DNA of 64,000 nucleotides from Candidatus Calescibacterium sp. (GCA_032249135.1 JAVVGL010000002.1:23575-87574); one strand, 5' to 3'; positions 39,251 to 49,728 are shown, counted from the stretch's first letter. The notes: generated by a model from the letters alone, not told the origin. A program made the numbers and translations.

Positions 39251-40270
39251 CTACGAAGTTCTGATGATCAAAAATTCTACAAACTTGTTCAAATTTTCCT
39301 TTTTACTATTTTCTATACTAATATCATCAATTATGTCAAAAATCTTCCGAGAAATGTTTCTTATCTCATCTTCTGCTCTTTCTATTCCTTTTCCATCTTT
39401 GACAAGATAGAACACAGCATCACATATATCATCTGGGACCTCACCATCAACCATATTTTTTCTGAGCATATCTTTTATTTTTTCAAAGTTATCAGACAAA
39501 ATCACAGGTAGGGTCAATTTCCCCTCTTTCAAATCTTTAAGATGAGGTTTTCCTGTACCGTCTGGGATGAAATCTATTATATCATCTTTGATTTGGAAAA
39601 TTAGACCAAAATAAAATCCAAGTTCAGAAAACTTTGAAAATAAATCTTGATTTGATAAACTAAATTCACTTTTATTTTTGTACTTACCATCACAAATTAT
39701 AAGTGGTATTTCTGCACTCAATCTGAACAAAGATGCTGTTTTTTTTGATATAACTTCATAATAAAAATTCAAAATATTTTCCCTTGCTTCATAAGATGGT
39801 ATATTTTCAACTATGATTTTGAATTCAAGAATTTGACCTTCTGCCATCTGCCTTGCAACCTCGGAAAACCTTCTTATAAGATGAATGTTACCAATTTTTG
39901 CAAGCTCGTCTGAAATGACTCCGAGTAAAAAAGCAGCAGATATAACCGCAATTTTGTTTCCCACAACAACATTCAAAGATGGCTTACCTCTTCTCATCGT
40001 TGAATTATCTATAACATCATCCAAAATCAAAGAAGCCCCATGTAAAAGTTCAACGCATGCAGATGATGAAATCAAATAATCAAAATTGAGCTTAAAATCA
40101 AATCCATCTACTAAAATATCTGCGCATAACATAGTTAAGGAGGGTCTTATTTTTTTTCCTCCGCCATCAAAGACATATGTCAAAGCAGAATATATTACAT
40201 CGTTTATCTTAGCTCTCTCTAATATATCCATTATTTTTCTTTCTACCTTGTCTATGTTCTTGTGAAACAC
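39251..40270 (-). CDS. Polyprenyl diphosphate synthase (IspB-like)
   Basis: GGKKIRP, LILDDVID...RRG, KTA, FQIKDDIID, GK...DLKEGK. Confidence 0.92.
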   Translation of the reverse strand: MFHKNIDKVERKIMDILERAKINDVIYSALTYVFDGGGKKIRPSLTMLCADILVDGFDFKLNFDYLISSSACVELLHGASLILDDVIDNSTMRRGKPSLNVVVGNKIAVISAAFLLGVISDELAKIGNIHLIRRFSEVARQMAEGQILEFKIIVENIPSYEARENILNFYYEVISKKTASLFRLSAEIPLIICDGKYKNKSEFSLSNQDLFSKFSELGFYFGLIFQIKDDIIDFIPDGTGKPHLKDLKEGKLTLPVILSDNFEKIKDMLRKNMVDGEVPDDICDAVFYLVKDGKGIERAEDEIRNISRKIFDIIDDISIENSKKENLNKFVEFLIIRTS

Positions 40271-40390
40271 ACGAAAAAATTTATAACTTTCAAAATATTT
40301 ATGAAAATATCAAACAAAAAAACAAGAATAAATACAAAATCATCAAAATCCAAAGCTCCAAAAACATAAAGCTATAAAACCATTAAAACT

Positions 40391-41365
40391 TCAATCATTA
40401 ACCCCCAAAAAAAACTTATTAAGATCAGAAGCAACGGAAGAAGGCTCAAGTTTCTCCCTGAGATCAAAAAAAATTGCTCTTTGATTTAAAGGTCTCCATC
40501 TTGGAAAATCTTCTTTGTAATATAAACCTGCTGACGGAATATCAAAAAAAGATGAAATATGAATTGGTCCAGATGATGTAGAGAATATACCAGATGAAAA
40601 TTTTATAACAGAACAAAGCCGACCGAAATCTGTCAAGTTTATAAGAGAAGTTCCTTTCAGCTTTGACAAATTTGAGTTAATATTTTTTTTTCCAATCCAT
40701 ACCACATCAAAATTGATTTGCCTCTCAACCTCAATCCAAAAATCAAAAGGTAAAGTCGGAGAAGACCCACCAGAAAAAGGATGAAAAACTATATATTTTC
40801 TGTTCAGAAGGCTGAATTTTTTGAGAAAATCAAAGTCGGGCTCAAAATCTAACTCTGGTTTCAAGTTATAAAAAAGCTCATCCTGTGGAGGTAAATCATG
40901 AATAAAATCTTTGAGGAGCAAAAGATTGTAATAAGCTTCGTGAAACCTATTTTCTTTTCTACTTATATTGACCCGATGATTAAATAAGAAAGAGAAGAAT
41001 CTCCGAGAAGTTCCTACAACAATTTTTGAAACCAATCTACAAAGCAAAGCAGTAGAAAGTCTTGGGAAAAGGACAAAAGAAAAATCAAATTTGATTTTTG
41101 ATAGCTCAAAAAGCAACAAAAAAAAGCTTTCAATTCTTATCTCTCCTCTCTCACCCGAAATTTCAGCTTCAAAAACTCCATCCACATATCTATTTTTTAC
41201 GAAGAAAGCATTTCCTTTTTTCACAAGAAAAAAAATCTTTGAGTTTGGAAACCTTGATTTTAAAAACTTAACGAATGGTATTGATAAAATCAGATCACCT
41301 ATTTTATCTGTTCTTGAAACCAATATCTTTTTTCCATCAAAATTAATTCCATTATACATATACAC
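40391..41365 (-). CDS. Glycosyltransferase family 9 (LPS heptosyltransferase-like)
   Basis: RTDKIGDLIL, HE, FHPFSG, SSGPIH, RWRP. Confidence 0.85.
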   Translation of the reverse strand: MYMYNGINFDGKKILVSRTDKIGDLILSIPFVKFLKSRFPNSKIFFLVKKGNAFFVKNRYVDGVFEAEISGERGEIRIESFFLLLFELSKIKFDFSFVLFPRLSTALLCRLVSKIVVGTSRRFFSFLFNHRVNISRKENRFHEAYYNLLLLKDFIHDLPPQDELFYNLKPELDFEPDFDFLKKFSLLNRKYIVFHPFSGGSSPTLPFDFWIEVERQINFDVVWIGKKNINSNLSKLKGTSLINLTDFGRLCSVIKFSSGIFSTSSGPIHISSFFDIPSAGLYYKEDFPRWRPLNQRAIFFDLREKLEPSSVASDLNKFFLGVND

Positions 41366-41388
41366 GATAAGCTATCATTTAAAATTTC

Positions 41389-41424
41389 CAATTTATTTTA
41401 AATTTGCAATTTATTTTAAACTTC
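41389..41424. repeat. 18-bp tandem duplication covering the argH stop
   Basis: CAATTTATTTTAAATTTG / CAATTTATTTTAAACTTC. Confidence 0.7.
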
Positions 41425-42790
41425 CGATTTCATTCATAACTCTTTTTTCAAAGTTGTAGTAAGAAAATCGGGAGATAAGATGAGCAATACTGCCTTTCAG
41501 CGCGCGCCATCTATTTTCTAAAATTCTCATTTTTTCGCGAACAAAATAAGGATTGGTGCTTTGTGGAGTTCTTTTCATCTGCAAAGATTCCTCAAAAGTT
41601 AAGTTTTCAGGTAACCTCTGATGTATCTTGATGTGTTCGCCTATAAATTTATGAACTTCTCTATAACTCATCTTTTTTTCTCTGAAAATTTTTTCTGCAA
41701 CATCTGTTGCAAGTATGTAATATGGCAAATTTCTCTTTTTTGCGGAAATATTCTTGAAGACCTGTGAGATAGCAAAGAGGATTGAATAGAACTCGTCAAA
41801 GGCTTCAAAGAGAATTTTTTTATCTTCCTGAAAATCTTTTGAATATCCTGATACAATGCCCTTTTCAAGAGCGAAAAAGCTTGAAAGATATCCTAAAAAT
41901 TTTGAAGCTTTACCTCTTATGAGCTCAAGAGTATCTGGGTTTTTCTTCTGAGGCATCATACTTGAACCAGTACAAACTTTATCTCCAATTTCAACAAATC
42001 CTATATCTTCTGCTGAAAGGAAAATGAGATCTTCTGCTATTTTAGAAAACAGCAGAGCGAATGTAGAGAAAACGAAAATAAGTTCATAGAGAGTGTCCCT
42101 TCTTCCGGTTGAATCAAGGCTATTATCAGAAATGCGCGAGAATCCGAGCAAAAAAGCGGCTTTTTTGACATCAGATATGATTGAAGTTCCGGCTCCCGCT
42201 CCACTTCCCATATGACAAATATCAAAGCGCAAAAGCACATCTTTAAATCTTTCCACACATCTTAAAAATCCAGTTATATAAGAAAGTATGAGATGGGAAA
42301 AAAGTATAGGTTGAGCATATCTCGTGTGGGTCATAAATGGTATTATGATATCTTGATATTTTTGAGCACATGAAAGCATAGAATAAAAGACATTTTTCAT
42401 TTCATCTAAAATTTTCTGAGATTCCCGCATTACCCAAAGATATACAGCAGTTATGACCTCATCATTTCTTGATCTACCAGCTCTTATATTCATCCCTATA
42501 TCTTCTCCACACTCCCGTGCTATAAAATACTCAACAGCAGAATGAACATCTTCAAAATCATCTGGTTTGCTTGAAAGAACCGCTTTTATAACTTTTTCTC
42601 TTGATGAAAAAATCATTCTTAATTTCTCTTTTGGAATAAAACCTTCATCAGATAACAAAACAGAGTGAACAAATGTGATATCAAACACCTCGGGAGCAAG
42701 TCGTGAATCAAAAGAAAATGAGTCAAGAAATTTTCTCAGTGTTCCTTCAACCTCTTCTTTGAAAACTCCTCCCCAAAGCCTCTTTTCCAT
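41411..42790 (-). CDS. argH: Argininosuccinate lyase
   Basis: LWGG, EDVH, GRSRND, THTRYAQP, TGSSMMPQKKNPD, YSKDFQEDK. Confidence 0.96.
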   Translation of the reverse strand: MEKRLWGGVFKEEVEGTLRKFLDSFSFDSRLAPEVFDITFVHSVLLSDEGFIPKEKLRMIFSSREKVIKAVLSSKPDDFEDVHSAVEYFIARECGEDIGMNIRAGRSRNDEVITAVYLWVMRESQKILDEMKNVFYSMLSCAQKYQDIIIPFMTHTRYAQPILFSHLILSYITGFLRCVERFKDVLLRFDICHMGSGAGAGTSIISDVKKAAFLLGFSRISDNSLDSTGRRDTLYELIFVFSTFALLFSKIAEDLIFLSAEDIGFVEIGDKVCTGSSMMPQKKNPDTLELIRGKASKFLGYLSSFFALEKGIVSGYSKDFQEDKKILFEAFDEFYSILFAISQVFKNISAKKRNLPYYILATDVAEKIFREKKMSYREVHKFIGEHIKIHQRLPENLTFEESLQMKRTPQSTNPYFVREKMRILENRWRALKGSIAHLISRFSYYNFEKRVMNEIGSLK

Positions 42791-42872
42791 AATAGATTGA
42801 ATTTACCCAAACGTATCAAAAGTTCCGCAAAGCCAAAAATTTCGAAACAAAAATAAAACAAGGAAAAAATAA

Positions 42873-43115
42873 AAATTAGTCAAAGAACAGACATACTATG
42901 ATGAAGAAGCTGATGTTTTATATATTAACTTTAAAAAGCCAAGCCATGCAGACGACCCAGAACTCACCGACGACGACATAATAATCAGATATGAAAAGGG
43001 GAAAATTGTAGGAATTACAATCCTTAACGCAAGCAGATGGAAAAAATTTTCAAAAAATACAATATATCAGGGTATTGGAAAGGAAAGAAAGGCATCTGAA
43101 AGAAGCAAAGAGTAA
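42873..43115 (+). pseudogene. 5'-truncated DUF2283 domain gene
   Basis: YYDEEADVLYINFKKPSHADD...IIIRYEKGKIVGITILNAS; in-frame TAA at 42870 and no start codon. Confidence 0.7.
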
Positions 43116-43231
43116 AAAAACAAAAAATAAAAGTGCAAAATCAAAAGTAATCCTATTCAGACAAAAAAAGTTGCAAAAAACGGAATTTTTATTATTTCAA
43201 GATTAAAATAAAATATAATAAGAAAGTAAAT

Positions 43232-43308
43232 TCCCCGGTAGCTCAATTTGGCAGAGCGGGCGGCTGTTAACCGCCAGGTTGCAGGTTCGAGTCCTGCCCG
43301 GGGAGCCA
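43232..43308 (+). tRNA. tRNA-Asn, anticodon GTT
   Basis: Acceptor TCCCCGG/CCGGGGA, anticodon arm GGCGG-CTGTTAA-CCGCC, GTTCGAGTC, G73, CCA. Confidence 0.96.
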
Positions 43309-43518
43309 CTTCAATAACAAGCAGAACAATTAACAAAATTTTTATCATGTACGGATAGATCAGAATTTAAGTTGATCAGGAAAGGTTATGAAACGGTTAT
43401 TTTTAGATGATCTTTGAAAAATCCCCCATAATTTTGAAAAATTTTGAGAGGTAAGACTGGAAACGAAAAATAGAGAAAAAAGATAAAAAATAAAAGAAGC
43501 GTATAAAATTATAATAAT

Positions 43519-44061
43519 ATGGCAGAACCATTCCTGACAACAAGAGTAGATAAGTTCAAGGATTTCCTAAAAGGGCTAACAACATGGAGCAGGAAATGGT
43601 CATTCTGGCCTATTCCTATTGGAACCGCTTGCTGCGCAATAGAATACATGGCAGTTGTAGCATCTCACTTTGATATTTCAAGGTGGGGAGCAGAGGTTGT
43701 TCGGTTTTCCCCAAGACAGGCTGACCTTATGGTAGTTGCAGGAACAATAACAAGGAAAATGGCTGATGTTGTAAGAAGAGTTTGGGAGCAAATGGCGGAG
43801 CCAAAATGGGTAATATCATTTGGCTCCTGTGCATCTACGGGAAACGGAATATATCAGACATATTCCGTACTTGATGGTATAGATAAGGTTATACCGGTTG
43901 ATGTATATGTTGCTGGGTGTCCTCCAAGACCTGAAGCGCTTCTTGAAGCTCTTGAATACCTTCAGCAGAAAATAGAGGGGAAAAGAGAGATTTTTGAAAA
44001 ACTTAAACAAAAAGGAAGAATAATTGAGGAGAAAGGAAGAACAATAATCATAGGTGGTTAA
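43519..44061 (+). CDS. nuoB: NADH-quinone oxidoreductase subunit B
   Basis: ACCAIE, RFSPRQAD, GSCA, GCPPRPE. Confidence 0.96.
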   Translation: MAEPFLTTRVDKFKDFLKGLTTWSRKWSFWPIPIGTACCAIEYMAVVASHFDISRWGAEVVRFSPRQADLMVVAGTITRKMADVVRRVWEQMAEPKWVISFGSCASTGNGIYQTYSVLDGIDKVIPVDVYVAGCPPRPEALLEALEYLQQKIEGKREIFEKLKQKGRIIEEKGRTIIIGG

Positions 44062-44135
44062 ACGAAGTAAAAGCAAAAAGTCAAAAAAACAGAAAAAGAA
44101 AAAAAGTCTTTGATAAATCAAAAAAGTATAGAGAT

Positions 44136-44417
44136 ATGAGAGTGATTGCAGAAAGAAGAGAAAAGTTAGGGAAAGAAAATGCAAAAAAAATTAGGAGGCA
44201 AGGTTTCATTCCAGCAGTAATATATGGAAACGGTAAAGTATATGAACACATAAAAGTAAAATTCTCAGATATGATGAAAATCCTAAAAGAAGGAAAGACG
44301 GAATTTGAAATAGCAGTTGGTGAGAAAGTTTATAAAGTCAGATTAAAAGATGTTCAAATAGATCCAATTACAGATAAGCCAATACACTTTGATTTCTATT
44401 ACAAAGAAGAAAATTAA
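44136..44417 (+). CDS. rplY: 50S ribosomal protein L25 (short single-domain form)
   Basis: RRQGFIPAVIYG, VQIDP...IHFDF. Confidence 0.92.
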   Translation: MRVIAERREKLGKENAKKIRRQGFIPAVIYGNGKVYEHIKVKFSDMMKILKEGKTEFEIAVGEKVYKVRLKDVQIDPITDKPIHFDFYYKEEN

Positions 44418-44473
44418 GAGAAAAAAGAAAGGGAAATGAGAAAAGTAGAAGCGAGTAAAATCAGAGAAAAAGA

Positions 44474-45292
44474 GTGAGTAAAATTGGCAAAATCGTTTCA
44501 ATTTCCTTATTCTTTTCAAGCGGTTTCATAGTAGGCTCAATAATATTCTTCCCGTGGGATATTGTGGCAAATTATATAAACTCAAAATCAGATATGGTAT
44601 ATATATCATCTGCCTCTTTCTCACCACCGGTAGGTGTAAAATTTGAGAATGTGAACCTGAAAATAGATAATAAAGTTTTCAAAATAGATGAAATAAAAAT
44701 AAAACCATCTTTGCTCTCACCAATATACATAATCTTTGGGAGGATTTCCGTAAAAATTGGATTAGAAACCCAGAGATCAGATGCAGATTTGGAATTGAAA
44801 ATGATCAAGAGAGAAAAAAACAAGTTTATCCCTTATTTCATAAAATTAGATGGCAAGGTAGGAATTGATGATATTATGAAAATAATTCAGCTTGAAGGCA
44901 AAGGAGAACTGAAAATAAATGCAGAAATAAAAGGTGAAATAGATAATCCACAGAAATTGAACGGAAAAATCAGAATACAATCATCAGATGGGAAAGGGAA
45001 AAATATAGTTGTATTGAAAAACACAGAAAAAATTCATATCCCGGTTGAGGGAGAATTTGATCTTGGCAAAGTAGATATATATGCAACAATAAAAGAAGGG
45101 ATCATAACATTTGAAAATGTAAATTTAAAAGAAGGAAATATAGAAGGTGTAATTTCTGGTTCAATAAAACTTGAAAAAGATTTGTCAAACTCCCAACTTA
45201 ATCTTGATCTGGATATAAAACCAAAAATCTTGAACATTCCTCCTCAAAAACTAAAAATAAGAGGTACAATATCAAAACCACAGGTAGGATAG
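44474..45292 (+). CDS. Type II secretion GspN-like protein
   Basis: N-terminal TM followed by FP, KPSLL, beta-rich body, LKIRGTISKP end. Confidence 0.55.
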   Translation: MSKIGKIVSISLFFSSGFIVGSIIFFPWDIVANYINSKSDMVYISSASFSPPVGVKFENVNLKIDNKVFKIDEIKIKPSLLSPIYIIFGRISVKIGLETQRSDADLELKMIKREKNKFIPYFIKLDGKVGIDDIMKIIQLEGKGELKINAEIKGEIDNPQKLNGKIRIQSSDGKGKNIVVLKNTEKIHIPVEGEFDLGKVDIYATIKEGIITFENVNLKEGNIEGVISGSIKLEKDLSNSQLNLDLDIKPKILNIPPQKLKIRGTISKPQVG

Positions 45293-45319
45293 CATATTCA
45301 AGGTAAGATAGCATATTCA
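45282..45319. repeat. 19-bp tandem duplication covering the stop codon
   Basis: AGGTAGGATAGCATATTCA / AGGTAAGATAGCATATTCA. Confidence 0.85.
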
Positions 45320-45321
45320 AT

Positions 45322-45828
45322 TCAAGATGGAAAATTTCTCTCGCTTCTTATTTTCTTTATTATATTTGATGTAGAAAATCCTTCAACTAATTTAACTCTG
45401 ATAACTTTTCCCCCCTTACTTTTTACAAAGTCTGCTCCAACTATTTTATCTTCTGACCAGTCTTCTCCTTTCACAAGAACATCTGGTTCAATTTCTTTTA
45501 TCAATTTTTCAGGTGTATCTTCAGAAAAAGGAACAACATAATCAACGGATTCAATAGCAGCTAAAACTATCTGACGAGCAGATAAAGGTAAAATTGGTCT
45601 ATCTTGCCCTTTCAATCTCCTTATAGAATCATCATCATTTATACCCACTATCAAAACATCACCTTGTTTTTTAGCTTCAAACAAAATTTTTACGTGTCCC
45701 GGATGAATTATATCAAAGCATCCGTTAGTGAAGACTATGATTTTGCCTTTTGATTTCAAGTCTTTCACAAGCTCTCTCAAACTATCTTGCGAAAGAATTA
45801 TCTTCTCCTCTGGAAGCCTGATTTTCAT
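45322..45828 (-). CDS. rfaE2: Heptose 1-phosphate adenylyltransferase (RfaE domain II)
   Basis: FTNGCFDIIHPGH, LKGQDRP, EDTP, VKGEDW, FSTS. Confidence 0.93.
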   Translation of the reverse strand: MKIRLPEEKIILSQDSLRELVKDLKSKGKIIVFTNGCFDIIHPGHVKILFEAKKQGDVLIVGINDDDSIRRLKGQDRPILPLSARQIVLAAIESVDYVVPFSEDTPEKLIKEIEPDVLVKGEDWSEDKIVGADFVKSKGGKVIRVKLVEGFSTSNIIKKIRSERNFPS

Positions 45829-46142
45829 TTGACAATAATTTCTTTCATTATTTCCCTGTGTCTTTGTTCTGCTCTTTCGTCCATCTTATCAAGAATCATT
45901 TTTGTTTCCCTACTACTTTCTTGAATGAGCCTCTGAGTTCTTTCTCCCCATTCCTTGATCAATTCTCTGGTTTCTTTGATGTCTTCTCTGATTTCTCTTA
46001 TCAATTTTTCAGTTCTTATTCCTTGAATAAAGCTCAATACGCCTAATATTAGTCCTAAAAGTGTGATAAGGATGGCGTGGTCGGGAGGTAAAAGAATCCA
46101 GCTTAATCCTATAACTCCTCCAAAGAAAATTAGTTCAAACAT
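45825..46142 (-). CDS. Small membrane-anchored coiled-coil protein
   Basis: Two hydrophobic segments followed by an E/R/K coiled coil; ATGA overlap with rfaE2. Confidence 0.7.
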   Translation of the reverse strand: MFELIFFGGVIGLSWILLPPDHAILITLLGLILGVLSFIQGIRTEKLIREIREDIKETRELIKEWGERTQRLIQESSRETKMILDKMDERAEQRHREIMKEIIVK

Positions 46143-46194
46143 AATAAAATTTTAATGCAAAAATCGTTATTATTTTCTTTCCTCCTTTATTTTC

Positions 46195-46857
46195 TCATTT
46201 TGTGTATATTATTTTCCAACCAAATTTTTTTGCAAACTTTTTGAGCTTCGGGTCAGGATTAACAGCAACAGGATTCCCAACAGAAAGAAGAGTATCAAAA
46301 TCATAAAAGCTATCTGTATAAAAGAAACTTTCGGTCAAATCTATGTTATTTTCCCTTGCAAATTTTCTCATCCAAAATGTTTTTCCCCTGCCTATGCACA
46401 TCGGTTCAACAACCTTACCTGTAAATTTTCCGTCTTTTACTTCAAGCTCAATAGCGATAACATTTTCTATCCCTAAAAATTTCGCTATTGGTTCTATAAG
46501 TATTTTGAAGTTCGCTGAAAGTATAGCAATTTGATGTCCCGATCTTTTATGCTCTTCTATAAGTTTGACAGCTCCTGGTAGTATGTATTTTAGAGCTCTT
46601 TCGTATACTGACTGTGCAAGCTCTCCAAACTTTTCCAAATCCATTCCCTCCATATCTTCAATATTGTTTCTTAGCACATCTTCTGCTTTAAGAAGGTTGA
46701 ACCTATATTTTATGAGCCAAAAATACCATAAAATAAACCTGAATTTAGATACCATATTTTTTCTTATAAGCTCCTCACCAATTAGTCTATAAAGGTCCTT
46801 CCCAACAATAACATAATCTAAATCAAAGAAAGCTCCGATTTTTTTTGGATTTGACAT
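46195..46857 (-). CDS. HAD-IB family hydrolase
   Basis: AFFDLD, ILSA, GK, YTDSFYD, VNPDPKL; start reassigned to MSNPKK. Confidence 0.85.
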   Translation of the reverse strand: MSNPKKIGAFFDLDYVIVGKDLYRLIGEELIRKNMVSKFRFILWYFWLIKYRFNLLKAEDVLRNNIEDMEGMDLEKFGELAQSVYERALKYILPGAVKLIEEHKRSGHQIAILSANFKILIEPIAKFLGIENVIAIELEVKDGKFTGKVVEPMCIGRGKTFWMRKFARENNIDLTESFFYTDSFYDFDTLLSVGNPVAVNPDPKLKKFAKKFGWKIIYTK

Positions 46858-46971
46858 CTGCAAAAGAAAAATTTTTGTTTCAAAAAATCTCTTGGATAGA
46901 AAAATTAAAAAAAAGAAAAATTTTAAGGAAAAAGGGAAAAAATTAAAAGAAATCGGCAAAATTTTTAGTAT

Positions 46972-47406
46972 ATGAATGAGCAACCAAAAATCAAAATAGC
47001 AGAAGAGTTAAGAAAGAAGGGAATAAAAGCAACCCCCCAAAGAATTTCAATATACAAAAAAATAACAGAATCTTGCGGTCATGTCACAGCAGAAGAAATT
47101 TATGAGAGAATAAAAAACGAAGTTCCATCACTTTCTCTTAGCACAGTTTATAGAACACTAAAACAATTTGAGAATAAAGGGATAATATTTTCTCTATCTT
47201 CATCGGGAGAATATGGCGTTACAATTTTTGATACAAATCTAAATCCACACCACCACTTTATATGTAAAATTTGCAATACTATAATAGATATACCAGCAGA
47301 ATCAATAAAAGTTGAAACCAAAAAAAATATTCCCGGAAAAGGAGAAATGGTATCTGTGGTGATAAAAGGAGTATGTGACAACTGCTCAAAGAGAAAGAAA
47401 AATTGA
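46972..47406 (+). CDS. Fur/PerR family transcriptional repressor
   Basis: TPQR, HVTAEEIY, LSTVYRTL, HHHFICKIC, CDNC. Confidence 0.93.
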   Translation: MNEQPKIKIAEELRKKGIKATPQRISIYKKITESCGHVTAEEIYERIKNEVPSLSLSTVYRTLKQFENKGIIFSLSSSGEYGVTIFDTNLNPHHHFICKICNTIIDIPAESIKVETKKNIPGKGEMVSVVIKGVCDNCSKRKKN

Positions 47407-47466
47407 AAAACAACACAACTAAACAAAACAAAGAAAATTAAAGGTTAAAAGGGGGTGTAAAGTATT

Positions 47467-48420
47467 ATGGCAAGACTTCTTGAAGGGAAAGTGGCAGTAG
47501 TAACGGGAGCAGGAAGAGGGATAGGAAGAGAAGAGGCTATTATGCTTGCTCAACACGGTGCAAAAGTAGTAGTAAATGACCCAGGAGTTAGCTTTTCAGG
47601 AGAAGGAAAAGAAACCCGTGTTGCAGATGAAGTCGTTGAAGAAATAAAAAAGCTGGGGGGAGAAGCCGTTGCAAACTATGACTTCGTAGATGACTTTGAA
47701 GGAGCTAAAAGAATAATCCAAACAGCAATAGATACATTCGGGAAAATAGATATACTTGTAAACAACGCAGGAATCCTCAGAGACAAAATGGTTTTTAATA
47801 TGCAAGAGGAAGATTGGGATAAGGTTATAGCAGTTCATCTCAAGGGAACTTTCAACTGCACACATCACGCATGTGTTTGGTGGAGAAATCAAGCAAAAGC
47901 AGGAAAACCCGTTTCAGGAAGAATAATAAACACAACATCAGATGCGGGACTTTTAGGTAATATCGGACAATCTAACTATGGAGCAGCAAAAGCGGGAATA
48001 GCTGCATTTACAATAATCGTCGCAGAAGAAATGGCAAAATATGGGGTCACAGTAAATGCAATCGCCCCGGTAGCAAGAACAAGATTAACAACAGAAGCGA
48101 CTCCACAGCTCGCAGCAATATTTGAATCAGTTGCTAATGCTCCATTTGATGTTCTCAACCCAAAATCAATCGCTCCCCTTGTTGTATATCTTGCATCAGA
48201 CAAATCAGCAGGTATAACAGGACAAGTGTTCAGAATAGTTGGAAACATGATATGGCTTATGGGGGGATGGAGATCTGTCTCAAAACGCAAAAAAGACAAA
48301 AAAGAATACTGGACCCCAGAAGAACTTGATAGTGTAATAAGAGAAATGCTAAAAGAAGCTCCTCCGAAAGAAAGTATGATGGAGATAATGCAAGAGGTCC
48401 TAAAAGAAGCACAAGGATAA
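47467..48420 (+). CDS. SDR family oxidoreductase
   Basis: TGAGRGIG, NNAGILRD, NYGAAK. Confidence 0.93.
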   Translation: MARLLEGKVAVVTGAGRGIGREEAIMLAQHGAKVVVNDPGVSFSGEGKETRVADEVVEEIKKLGGEAVANYDFVDDFEGAKRIIQTAIDTFGKIDILVNNAGILRDKMVFNMQEEDWDKVIAVHLKGTFNCTHHACVWWRNQAKAGKPVSGRIINTTSDAGLLGNIGQSNYGAAKAGIAAFTIIVAEEMAKYGVTVNAIAPVARTRLTTEATPQLAAIFESVANAPFDVLNPKSIAPLVVYLASDKSAGITGQVFRIVGNMIWLMGGWRSVSKRKKDKKEYWTPEELDSVIREMLKEAPPKESMMEIMQEVLKEAQG

Positions 48421-48462
48421 AAGAGAATAAAAAGAAGGAGGAAAAATAAAAAATAAAAAACC

Positions 48463-48666
48463 ATGCCGAAGTTAAGAACTTCTAAAACAGTAGCAAAAAG
48501 AATAAGGATAACGAAAAGCGGTAAAGTGAAATTCTGGCGTTCAGGTTGGAGCCATTATAAAACAGGGAAATCATCAAAATGGAAAAGACAGATGCGAAAA
48601 CCTTCAATAGTTGAGAATAAAGCTTTTGAAAAAATAGTGAAAGAATCGCTGAAAAGATCTCCGTAA
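48463..48666 (+). CDS. rpmI: 50S ribosomal protein L35
   Basis: MPKLRT..VAKRIRITKSGK...H...KSSK. Confidence 0.92.
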   Translation: MPKLRTSKTVAKRIRITKSGKVKFWRSGWSHYKTGKSSKWKRQMRKPSIVENKAFEKIVKESLKRSP

Positions 48667-49728
48667 TCAGATAAATCCGCAAGCTGCAAGAAAAGATTTT
48701 CGCTCCTCAGGTTTTCCATCACATACTTTTCCTCTTTTTAAAGCCTGACATCCTCCCCTGCACTCAGTATATATTGAACACGAGGGACAACCTTTGAGGG
48801 GGGTTCTGAAATACTTGAAACGCTGGTTATTTTTCCATATATCAAAAAATCTTTCTTCAATTATGTTGCCTGCTTTGAAAAAGTTGTAATCTCTCAGGAA
48901 ACCACAAGGGAAAACATCGCCGTTAACTTTCACTGTCGCAAAAGTGGTACCGGCAGGACAGATAGAACACTCAGCAGGCAAATCGCCAAAGAAAGTTTTC
49001 AATGAGCAATCAAGTTCAATTTCAAAATCTTCATAATTCCCATTTATATTCCTCACATCATTCATAATTTTTATTATCATCTCATTTCTGAGAACAAGAT
49101 TTGATACATTTTTCCCTCTACCTTCTGGAATGAAAGCTAAAATAAATAATTTTTTTGCCCCAAGATTCTTTGAGAGCTCTGCCATATCTTGAATGAATTC
49201 GTAGTTTTCATCTGTTGCAACAAAAGAAACTATTACATGAAACCCAAAAGAAGAGAGCATACGAATGGCGTCGCATGTTCTCTCAAATGTATTTGGTCCT
49301 CTTATTTTTTCGTGTAATTCTTTGGTTGGACCATCCAAACTCACAAAAATATATTTGAGTCCAGTCTCTTTAAGTCTCAAAGCCATCTTTTCGGTTATAA
49401 AATAACCTGCTGTACTCAAATATAAATTTGGAATTCTTTCCAGAGTGTACTCTATTGCTTCGTAAATATGTGGATAGGCAAGAGGTTCTCCCCCTATTAT
49501 GTCAATGGCTTCAACACCAATCTTAGCACAATCATCAACAAGCTCTTTATATTTTTCTATTGGTAAATCTACTTTCCCCTCTCCACCTCCCACACTACAA
49601 TGAATGCATCTTAGAGGACACCTTAAAGTTATTTCAACTTCAAGAAGCCGCAGAGGATATATTTTATTACAGTGTACGGAACTGTTATAGTATATAGTAC
49701 CGGCATATCCTAATTTCACTCCCTCCAT
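48667..49728 (-). CDS. Radical SAM protein with SPASM domain
   Basis: CPLRCIHC, GGEPL, SLDG, CPAG...GDVFPC...GNI...CPSC....CRGGC; AAGGAGGT SD. Confidence 0.92.
   Translation of the reverse strand: MEGVKLGYAGTIYYNSSVHCNKIYPLRLLEVEITLRCPLRCIHCSVGGGEGKVDLPIEKYKELVDDCAKIGVEAIDIIGGEPLAYPHIYEAIEYTLERIPNLYLSTAGYFITEKMALRLKETGLKYIFVSLDGPTKELHEKIRGPNTFERTCDAIRMLSSFGFHVIVSFVATDENYEFIQDMAELSKNLGAKKLFILAFIPEGRGKNVSNLVLRNEMIIKIMNDVRNINGNYEDFEIELDCSLKTFFGDLPAECSICPAGTTFATVKVNGDVFPCGFLRDYNFFKAGNIIEERFFDIWKNNQRFKYFRTPLKGCPSCSIYTECRGGCQALKRGKVCDGKPEERKSFLAACGFI

Noticed and set aside
43157..43348. 63-aa minus-strand ORF
   Set aside because: Antisense shadow of tRNA-Asn
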